In this document: one piece after another, positions 1 through 6,057 of the stretch | Numbering within the stretch: position 1 is the stretch's first letter | Layout: the number at the start of each line of letters is the position of its first letter | Source of the DNA: Anaerolineales bacterium | Lineage (GTDB): Bacteria; Chloroflexota; Anaerolineae; Anaerolineales; UBA6663 | Length of the DNA: 12,206 nucleotides | NCBI GenBank assembly: GCA_020845955.1 | Contig: JADLEU010000179.1 | Location: 1 to 12,206 of the forward strand | Direction of reading: 5' to 3' | Translations under genes and position numbers: made by a program | The notes under the pieces: generated by a model | Told to the model about the DNA's origin: nothing | What the model saw: the letters and a program-made list of their open reading frames with translations, nothing else | Database searches by the model: none

Positions 1-227
1 AGCAGGCCCGGGGCCTGGACCGCCAGGGCGGGCGGCAGGCGCACCAGGCGGACACGCTGGCCGGCGGCTTCCACGTTGAAGGCGGCGCCGCAGGCGCCGC
101 AGCCCAACTGATCCGGCTCCGTGCCCTGGCGCAGGATGGACAATTGCCCGCGCGTCTGGCAAACCGGGCAGGCGCCCTGGCCGGCCCAGGCCTCGGGCAG
201 GTGAAAACGTGGTTCGATGGCGGTCAC
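1..227 (-). CDS. Partial CDS (N-terminal 75 codons; the gene continues past the left edge) for a zinc-ribbon-containing protein. It is not in the supplied ORF track because there is no stop in the window.
   Basis: I translated the reverse complement of 1-227 by hand: V(GTG)TAIEPRFHLPEAWAGQGACPVCQTRGQLSILRQGTEPDQLGCGACGAAFNVEAAGQRVRLVRLPPALAVQAPGL. There are no stops and GC3 is strong. A CPVC...(x19)...CGAC pair gives a zinc-ribbon-like motif. The GTG start at 225-227 has GGAG (rc of 233-236) 5 nt upstream. An in-frame stop upstream at 321-323 means GTG is the first canonical start. Confidence 0.4.
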   Translation of the reverse strand, partial: MTAIEPRFHLPEAWAGQGACPVCQTRGQLSILRQGTEPDQLGCGACGAAFNVEAAGQRVRLVRLPPALAVQAPGL

Positions 228-340
228 GCCTGCTCCCCCAAGCTCCCCAATGCTATTGGCCAGGCCGCGCGGGCCTGGGATCCCCTTTCCCCCGACTCTG
301 ATCGCGGCGGTAAGCCGCTCCTACAATTGCGCGCTGCGCA

Positions 341-1666
341 TTACTCGTACTTCAGCGCGTTGACGGGCACCAGGGTGGCCGCGCGCAGCGCCGGGTATAG
401 ACCAGAGATCACGCCGATCAGCGTCGCAAAGACCAGCGAGAAGATCGGCAGCCAGACCGGGGTGAAGACGGCCTCGGTGGGCGGCGGCGCCCCGCTTTGG
501 GCCGATTGGCCGGCCAGGTAGGCCAACGCCAGCACGTTGATGATCTGGCCGGCGCTCCAGCCCAGAGCCACGCCGCCCAGGCCGCCGATGAAGCCGATAC
601 CGGCCGCCTCGCCCAGGAAGACGCTGAGCACGTCGCGGTTGGTGGCGCCCACCGCCTTCATCAGCCCGATCTCGCGGGTGCGCTCCAGGATGGCCATAGC
701 CATGGTGTTGGCGATGCCAATGGCGGCCACCAGCAACGCGATGGCGCCCACGCCGCCGAACACGACCTGCAGCACAATGAAGAAGCTGTTGATGCCCTGC
801 ACAAACGACTGCGGGGTCGAGGCCTGGAAGCCAAGCTCGTTGATCTGGTCGGCCACGTCGAGGACCTGGTCGACGTCGCCGACTTTGACCACCGCGTTCG
901 CATAGCCGTCCTTCTGCCGGTTGATACGCTTGCCCAGGAACCATTCATTGTAGGCCGTCACGTCACTGAGCGGCATGTAGATCGACCAGTCGGCCTCGCC
1001 GCGCGACTCGGCCATGACCCCCACGACGCGCACCTGGACCATCTTGCGGATCTCGACGCCGTCGGTGGAGTACTTGATGAGCGTCGCCTTGAGCGTCTGG
1101 CCGAGCAGGTCGGGCGGCGGGGGCGGTTCTTGCCCCGGCCGGACGCGCGGGTCGAAGAACTGCTGCGGCACCATGGCGCCGATCACGGCCGTGCCCTTGG
1201 ACAGCGTCAGGGTACCGGCCTCGGCCGTGACCCCCAGGTCGGCCGCGTTGTCCGTGCCCAGGCCCATGATCGAGCCATAACCTTCAAGGCGGCCATAGTT
1301 CAACATCATGCCGCCGTTGACCCAATCGCGGGCGATGACGGCCGTCACACCCGGCATGGCCGCGAACTGCTCCAGGGTCTGGTCGTTGATGGGCTGCTGG
1401 ATGCCCGGCACGCCGCCCGGGCCTTCCATGACAACGATCCCGCCCCCACCGCCAGGTTCGCCGTAGACCGGGTAGACGTCGATGCGCGTCAGGTCGCCGA
1501 TGCCGCCCAACTGCTGCGTGGCGCTGCGCTGCAGCCCCACGCCCAGCGAGACGAGCAAGACCACGGCGGCGGTGCCGATGACGACGCCTACCGCTGTCAA
1601 GGCCACGCGGGCCTTGCGGCGCCCGAGGTTCTCCAGGATGAGGGCGATCAGGTCAGAAACGCGCAT
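341..1666 (-). CDS. ABC transporter permease, MacB/FtsX family (YknZ/MacB-like: N-terminal TM, large extracytoplasmic domain, C-terminal FtsX 3-TM bundle)
   Basis: The 441-aa ORF has the typical MacB-family N-terminus MRVSDLIALILENLGRRKARVALTAVGVVIGTAAVVLLVSLG. Its C-terminal FtsX-type region has three hydrophobic helices and ends ...LYPALRAATLVPVNALKYE. The extracytoplasmic domain carries Gly/Pro-rich inserts (GEPGGGGGIVVMEGPGG; PGQEPPPPPD). It shares a strand and gene order with the adjacent ABC ATPase. Confidence 0.9.
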   Translation of the reverse strand: MRVSDLIALILENLGRRKARVALTAVGVVIGTAAVVLLVSLGVGLQRSATQQLGGIGDLTRIDVYPVYGEPGGGGGIVVMEGPGGVPGIQQPINDQTLEQFAAMPGVTAVIARDWVNGGMMLNYGRLEGYGSIMGLGTDNAADLGVTAEAGTLTLSKGTAVIGAMVPQQFFDPRVRPGQEPPPPPDLLGQTLKATLIKYSTDGVEIRKMVQVRVVGVMAESRGEADWSIYMPLSDVTAYNEWFLGKRINRQKDGYANAVVKVGDVDQVLDVADQINELGFQASTPQSFVQGINSFFIVLQVVFGGVGAIALLVAAIGIANTMAMAILERTREIGLMKAVGATNRDVLSVFLGEAAGIGFIGGLGGVALGWSAGQIINVLALAYLAGQSAQSGAPPPTEAVFTPVWLPIFSLVFATLIGVISGLYPALRAATLVPVNALKYE

Positions 1667-1739
1667 GGCTTACGTCTGAGCTGCACATACCATAACACGA
1701 CATCTCGCCACCATGGCTATAACCGAAACCTAACTCTCT

Positions 1740-1768
1740 ATTGTACGCGCCTCTTGCATTCGTGCCAT
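1740..1768 (-). promoter_or_regulatory. Candidate internal sigma70-like promoter for the permease gene (minus strand: -35 ATGGCA at rc 1763-1768, 17-nt spacer, -10 TACAAT at rc 1740-1745)
   Basis: The 144-nt intergenic region (1667-1810) is visibly less GC-rich than its flanks. On the minus strand I read aATGGCAcgaatgcaagaggcgcgTACAATagag. That would put a transcription start about 65 nt upstream of the ATG at 1666. Hexamers matched by eye only. Confidence 0.2.
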
Positions 1769-1810
1769 TGAGAAAGCCGTAGGGTCGCGCGAGCGGGCAG
1801 CCCAGGCGAC

Positions 1811-3553
1811 TTACGGCAGCGGCCGGACCGGCACGCCATCTTCTTCCGCTGGAACGGGTTCGCCGCCGGGCTCGGTGAGGGGCGGGCCGCTGTCCAGGCC
1901 CAACAGGCCGCGGATGAAGCGCAGAATGCGCTGCCAAAGCGTCTCGGGCTCGGCGGGCGGCGGCTCGATCGGCCCGCCGGGCTCGCCGCCCGGATCGATG
2001 ACGGGCGCTTCGATCACGTCGACCGTCAGCGTGTCGGTGATGGTGCGCTGCTGGTTGAAGTCGTCGGTGTAGTCCACGGTAACGAACAGCTCCAGCGGGC
2101 CAGCCTGCTGCGGGATGACGGTGACGTCGAGCGTAAAGAAGCCGCCCGGATCGAGATTGCCGACCAGGACGACGTTGTTGGTCAGTTCGGCGCCATCGGC
2201 CTCCACGCGCATGTTGCCGAGTACGCTGGTGCTGCGGCCGAGGTTCACGATCTGCAGCGGCAGCAGGTTGGGCTGGAAGGTGACGAACGGGCCAGGGTCG
2301 CGGTACAGGCTGACGTCGACCTGCGGCAATTGGTAGACCAGCAGGGTAATGACCTGGTCGTCGGTATAGGCCCCCGACTCGGACGAGTAGGCAAACGAGA
2401 ACTTCATGGGATAAGCGCCAGCCTTGGTGGAGGCGTTGACCACGAAAGTCTGCTCGGCCGAGAGCGCCGCGCCGGCGGGCACGTCGCCGAGCGACTGGAC
2501 GTTGGAGGCGCCGATAGGGGCGAAGTTGGTAAAGTCGCCGCCGCCGCCCGACACGCCGCCGGGACCGGGGGTGCCGCTGAAGTCGGCGCCGCTGCCGGCC
2601 GAGCCGCCGCCGGCGATCAGCGTCACCCGGCGCGCATCGGACGCACCCAGGTTCTCAATGTCCAGATGGAGCGTGAACTGGCTGCCGGGCTGCAGGCGCT
2701 CGATGTCGGTGCGGTAGGCCGTGATCAGGAGCTGCGGCCGCAGCGCCACACGCGGGGTCGGCGTGGGGGTGGGCGTGCTGGTGACCCCCGGGCCTTGCGC
2801 CGCGGCCACGGGGAAGGTCAGCGCGAAGGTCTCCGAGTAGGCGGCGCCATTGGGATCGGTATAGGCCACCTGCACCTCGAGCACGGCGACGCCGCTGGAC
2901 AGGGAACGCGCGGCGCTCAGCGGCTGGAAGATGCGCTCGGTTTCGCCCGGGCCCAGGTTGCGGACGGCGCGCACGCCGCCGGTGACGCGCGGCGTGAAGT
3001 CGCCGCTGGTGAAGGTGGCCACAATATTGCTGGCCCCGCCCTGGCCCGCGTTGACGAACGTCATCTCGAAGTCCAGGCTGCTGCCCGGCGCGATGGCGGG
3101 CGAGCTGGCGCCGTAGGACTGCACGACCAGCAGTGGGCGCACAAAGGCGGTGGGACCGGGCGTGCTGGTGGGACCCACGATGGTGAGCGCGCCCGCCTTG
3201 GTCAGGGGCGGAATGGCCGGGTTGGGATGGATGATTGTGACGGCGTAGGTGCCGGCCGGCAGCCCGGCGGGGAGCTCGGCCGTCAGCACAGTGCTGCTGA
3301 CGCGGGCGCTGGTGACTGTGCCGATGCCTTCGATCAGCACCACCGGGACCGCGGCCGTGCCGCTGCCCCAATCGACGTAGGCGCCGTAGATGACGACCGC
3401 GGCGCTGGTGAGGTTGGAGACCTGGCTCGGCTGGAGGTGAAAATCCGGCGTGGTCTGGGCCGCGGCCGCGGGCGGGCGGGCGGCGACGGCCACGGCGGCT
3501 AACAGTACGCCGAGCACGAACAGGTTGGGCAGGCGGTTGGGGTTGAGCGTCAT
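1811..3553 (-). CDS. Secreted multi-domain beta-sandwich protein: signal peptide, N-terminal Ig-like region, three CARDB-like repeats, Pro/Glu-rich C-terminal tail
   Basis: The 580-aa ORF starts with a signal peptide, MTLNPNRLPNLFVLGVLLAAVAVAARPPAAAAQ. An SD-like GAGAGGA sits just upstream of the ATG (rc of 3556-3562). Three segments carry the CARDB hallmark ...N.G...A...v.f...: TFVNAGQGGASNIVATFTSGD (~aa 165-185), LHLDIENLGASDARRVTLIAG (~aa 295-315) and LQIVNLGRSTSVLGNMRVEADG (~aa 433-454). A TSTPTPTPTPR linker lies at aa 258-267 (nt ~2753-2782). A Gly-rich loop, SAGSGADFSGTPGPGGVSGGGGD, is present. The acidic tail GGEPGGPIEPPPAEPETLWQRILRFIRGLLGLDSGPPLTEPGGEPVPAEEDGVPVRPLP contains an amphipathic helix. 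There is no LPXTG motif. Confidence 0.8.
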   Translation of the reverse strand: MTLNPNRLPNLFVLGVLLAAVAVAARPPAAAAQTTPDFHLQPSQVSNLTSAAVVIYGAYVDWGSGTAAVPVVLIEGIGTVTSARVSSTVLTAELPAGLPAGTYAVTIIHPNPAIPPLTKAGALTIVGPTSTPGPTAFVRPLLVVQSYGASSPAIAPGSSLDFEMTFVNAGQGGASNIVATFTSGDFTPRVTGGVRAVRNLGPGETERIFQPLSAARSLSSGVAVLEVQVAYTDPNGAAYSETFALTFPVAAAQGPGVTSTPTPTPTPRVALRPQLLITAYRTDIERLQPGSQFTLHLDIENLGASDARRVTLIAGGGSAGSGADFSGTPGPGGVSGGGGDFTNFAPIGASNVQSLGDVPAGAALSAEQTFVVNASTKAGAYPMKFSFAYSSESGAYTDDQVITLLVYQLPQVDVSLYRDPGPFVTFQPNLLPLQIVNLGRSTSVLGNMRVEADGAELTNNVVLVGNLDPGGFFTLDVTVIPQQAGPLELFVTVDYTDDFNQQRTITDTLTVDVIEAPVIDPGGEPGGPIEPPPAEPETLWQRILRFIRGLLGLDSGPPLTEPGGEPVPAEEDGVPVRPLP

Positions 3554-3569
3554 CGTCCTCTCGCATGAA

Positions 3570-4295
3570 CTAATCGGCGGCGCGCGCCGCGTCGATGGCC
3601 AGCGCCTGTTCGTAGTCGGCCTCGCTCACCACGCGCCCGTCGACCAGGCGGATGGTGTTGGTCGCAAAGCGGCTCAGGCGCGGGTCGTGCGTGACCATCA
3701 CCACGGTGCGGCCCTGGGCGTGCAGGTCCGAGAGCAGCTGAATGATGGCGGCGCCGCTGTGCGTATCGAGGTTTCCGGTTGGCTCGTCGGCCAAGATGAG
3801 CTGCGGGTCGTTGACCAGCGCGCGGGCAATGGCCACACGCTGCTGCTGGCCGCCCGAGAGCTCGATGGGCCGGTGATAGGCCCGGTTCGCGAGGCCCACC
3901 AGGCGCAGCAGTTCCAGGGCGCGCTGGTTGCGCTCGCGGCGCACGCGGCGCGCAAAGCGCATGGGGAATGCCACGTTCTCGAGCGCCGTCATGCTGGCGA
4001 TCAGGTTGAAGGATTGGAAGATGAAGCCGACCATACGGCGCCGGTAGCGGGCCAGGTCGTTCTCGTCGAGCTGGTCAAGGTTCTGGCCGCCCACCTCAAT
4101 GCTGCCGGCGGTGGGCCGGTCGAGCCCGCCTAGCAGGTAGAGCAGCGTGCTCTTGCCCGAGCCCGACGGGCCGACGACGGCGGAGAAGGTGTGTTGGTCG
4201 ATGGTCAGGTCGATGCTGTCGATGGCGCGCACGGTTTCGCGGCCCATGACGAAGTGCTTGCGCAGGCCAGCGAAACGAATGAAGGGAGTAGACAT
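3570..4295 (-). CDS. ABC transporter ATP-binding protein, MacB/LolD (YknY-like) type
   Basis: The true start is the internal ATG at rc 4293-4295 ([30 protein letters not shown]...), not the track's 4757. The 154-codon upstream extension overlaps the Yip1 gene and has no ABC motifs. The 241-aa product has Walker [10 protein letters not shown], the ABC signature [15 protein letters not shown], Walker [12 protein letters not shown] and the H-loop VTHD. Confidence 0.9.
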   Translation of the reverse strand: MSTPFIRFAGLRKHFVMGRETVRAIDSIDLTIDQHTFSAVVGPSGSGKSTLLYLLGGLDRPTAGSIEVGGQNLDQLDENDLARYRRRMVGFIFQSFNLIASMTALENVAFPMRFARRVRRERNQRALELLRLVGLANRAYHRPIELSGGQQQRVAIARALVNDPQLILADEPTGNLDTHSGAAIIQLLSDLHAQGRTVVMVTHDPRLSRFATNTIRLVDGRVVSEADYEQALAIDAARAAD

Positions 4296-4318
4296 GCGGC
4301 CGGCTGCCTGCCCCCGGC

Positions 4319-5101
4319 CTAGAAGAAGAAAGGCCGCACGATATTCAGCCCGCCGAAGGCGCTGGCGATCACGGCCGGCAGCAGGCCCAGGATGAGCATG
4401 ACCAGCAGCGCGATCAAGATGCCGGCCAGGGCTTTGCCCGCGCTCAGCCCGCCCGAGGCGCGCACACCCAGGTAGAGCAGGACGATGTACCACAGTGTAT
4501 ACAGGTCGACGCGCGCAAGCACCTCGGCCAGCGCGGCGTAGGCCCAGCCGTCGCCGGCCGGGGCGAAGCCCGTCAGGCCGGCGTTGGTGATGAGCTGCTT
4601 TTCGACCAGCATGTAGCCGGCCCGCACCAGGTCGCGCACGGCGAAGGGCAGGCTGGCCCAGGCCACGATGTTGAGCGCGCCGCCGGTGGAATCGCGGCCG
4701 CCCAGCATTGTCAACAGCAAGTGCAGCAGGCCCCCCATCACCAGCCAGCCGAACCAAACGCGGGTCACGGTGATGAGCGCGGGAAAGACGTAGATGAAGA
4801 CCGGGCCCGAGGTGGTCTGCTGGGCCTGGAAGAACTGCGCCTGCTGCTCGGGGGTCCAGAACTCAAAGTCAAGTGGCAGCTCTACCTGGCCGCTTTGGGC
4901 GGCGGCGGCTTTGATCGGCCCGGCGACGAGCACGGGCAGCAGACCAGTGAGTGTGAGCACCAGCAGAGGCGTGAGCCAACTGGGGCGCGGCGCGGCGGCG
5001 ATCTTGGCAAAGGTGGCCCGCGGCCGGGTGAGCAGCGGCAGCAGCCAGTCGAAATGGAAGCGGCGTGGTCGCTCAAACGGAAGTGCGGTGGCGTCGTTCA
5101 T
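4319..5101 (-). CDS. Yip1-family (DUF1282-like) polytopic membrane protein, YknW-like
   Basis: The 260-aa ORF has about five hydrophobic helices: WLTPLLVLTLTGLLPVLVAG; VFIYVFPALITVTRVWFGWLVMGGLLHLLL; ALNIVAWASLPFAV; LYTLWYIVLLYLGV; ALAGILIALLVMLILGLLPAVIASAF. Size, topology and position directly upstream of a MacB-type ATPase/permease on the same strand match the Yip1 component of yknWXYZ-like loci. The family call rests on pattern recognition, not a search. Confidence 0.55.
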   Translation of the reverse strand: MNDATALPFERPRRFHFDWLLPLLTRPRATFAKIAAAPRPSWLTPLLVLTLTGLLPVLVAGPIKAAAAQSGQVELPLDFEFWTPEQQAQFFQAQQTTSGPVFIYVFPALITVTRVWFGWLVMGGLLHLLLTMLGGRDSTGGALNIVAWASLPFAVRDLVRAGYMLVEKQLITNAGLTGFAPAGDGWAYAALAEVLARVDLYTLWYIVLLYLGVRASGGLSAGKALAGILIALLVMLILGLLPAVIASAFGGLNIVRPFFF

Positions 5102-5272
5102 GGGCTGGCAGAAGGACCTGGGTTCGAATATAAGGCCGGCCAGGCTGGATGGAGCGGCTACCGGCCAGTTGGCGGTCCCATTGTACTAGAAGTGCGCTGA
5201 AATCGGCGCGGCCCGGCCTGCGAGCCGGGACCGCCTGATAGATTAACGACTGAGAGGGCCGTTGAGTTCCGC

Positions 5273-5302
5273 TCGGCAGATCAGTGGGGTTTCACATATA
5301 AT
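5273..5302 (+). promoter_or_regulatory. Candidate promoter for the plus-strand operon: perfect -10 TATAAT at 5297-5302 with a weak -35 TCGGCA at 5273-5278 (18-nt spacer)
   Basis: It lies in the 271-nt divergent intergenic region between the Yip1 start (5101, minus) and the ATG at 5373 (plus). The -10 hexamer is exact; the -35 matches 4/6. The predicted 5' leader is about 65 nt and contains a 5-codon uORF (ATG 5359 ... TGA 5374-5376) that overlaps the main ATG. Confidence 0.3.
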
Positions 5303-5372
5303 CACGCTGGTCCCCGGGCTGTGACCCACCGCGCGGAGGCGCCGGGACAAGGTACAGCATGGCCCTATTGCG

Positions 5373-6050
5373 ATGAAACGATTGGTCACCCTGACATCCG
5401 GTGTGGCGGCCGGGGTGCTGGCCGCCCTCGGCTGTCTGTACCTGCTGACCCTGGCCTGGCCGGGACTGCTGCGCCCAGGCGAGCCTATCGCCACGGCGCC
5501 GCCCGAGGCGGCGTTCACATCGCGCCCGCCAGCCACCCCGGCCCCCAGCGCGACGCCCAACGCCGCGCGCATGGAGACCGTATCGCCGCTGCTGCGGGTG
5601 GTGGTGACGCCCACGCCGGAGCCGTTGGACGCAACGGCCATGCCCCTCACACGTCTGGCGCTGCAGGCCGAGTTCGAGGCGCTAGGCTTCGCCTTCCAAC
5701 GCAGCGACCTGGGCGATGGGCGCGAGCACTGGGTGGCGGCCTCGCCCGACCGGCTGGCGCTGGCCGACATCATCGGTGGTGAGGCCGTCGAGGCGGCCTC
5801 GGTGACGGTCTTCGGGCCCATTGGCCAGGATGCGGAGGGCGGGCCGCAGCGGGTCGTGTACATGCTGACGCTGCTGAACGCGGCGCTGCCGGGCTGGGCG
5901 AAGGGGGCCGAATGGTTCGCCGCCGAACTGGTGAACATGGCGCATGCGCCAGGCGATTTCGCGGTGTCCACGGCGCGGGCCGGGCTGCGTGTGACGCTGG
6001 CGCAGGACGCCGGCCAGGGCGCGATTACGCTGAGCGTGGCACACGAGTAA
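5373..6050 (+). CDS. Hypothetical signal-anchored protein (N-terminal TM/signal, Pro/Thr/Ala-rich linker, ~140-aa globular domain), function unknown
   Basis: The 225-aa ORF has good GC3 bias. Its N-terminal hydrophobic segment is LVTLTSGVAAGVLAALGCLYLLTLAWPG. The linker reads PPEAAFTSRPPATPAPSATPNAA...VVVTPTPEP. The gene ends 7 nt before the large membrane-protein gene. There is no clear SD, and the start could instead be the internal GTG near 5400. Confidence 0.65.
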   Translation: MKRLVTLTSGVAAGVLAALGCLYLLTLAWPGLLRPGEPIATAPPEAAFTSRPPATPAPSATPNAARMETVSPLLRVVVTPTPEPLDATAMPLTRLALQAEFEALGFAFQRSDLGDGREHWVAASPDRLALADIIGGEAVEAASVTVFGPIGQDAEGGPQRVVYMLTLLNAALPGWAKGAEWFAAELVNMAHAPGDFAVSTARAGLRVTLAQDAGQGAITLSVAHE

Positions 6051-6057
6051 GCACTCG

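Noticed and set aside
144-521. 125-aa plus-strand ORF spanning the permease 3' end
   Set aside because: It overlaps the permease C-terminus antisense. The opposite-strand partial ORF (1-227, zinc ribbon, RBS+GTG) is the more credible coding assignment for 1-227.
497-1771. 424-aa plus-strand ORF, along with 537-905 +, 661-948 - and 321-944 -, overlapping the permease gene
   Set aside because: It is antisense or out-of-frame to a well-supported MacB/FtsX permease. Its translation is Arg/Ala/Gly/His-rich low-complexity typical of shadow ORFs in about 70% GC DNA. It has no recognisable domain and no RBS.
1785-1792. Palindrome TCGCGCGA, and GC-rich stems near 5212-5235 (CCCGGC...GCCGGG), as possible terminators
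   Set aside because: The stems are short and have no following U-tract. In this GC-rich genome such self-complementary runs occur by chance. I do not claim them as terminators.
2330-3566. Long ORFs 2330-3502 + (390 aa) and 2655-3566 - (303 aa) inside the secreted-protein gene
   Set aside because: Their translations are Arg/Gly/Ala-rich shadow frames. The 1811-3553 minus frame has a signal peptide, an SD and domain repeats, and it explains the region.
4296-4757. N-terminal 154-codon extension of the ATPase ORF as listed in the track (3570-4757)
   Set aside because: The extension (MVRLAGDGGPAALAV...RRAEYRAAFLLLGRGQAAGR) is low-complexity and overlaps the Yip1 gene in another frame. All ABC motifs and the canonical MSTPFIRF start lie after the internal ATG at 4295.
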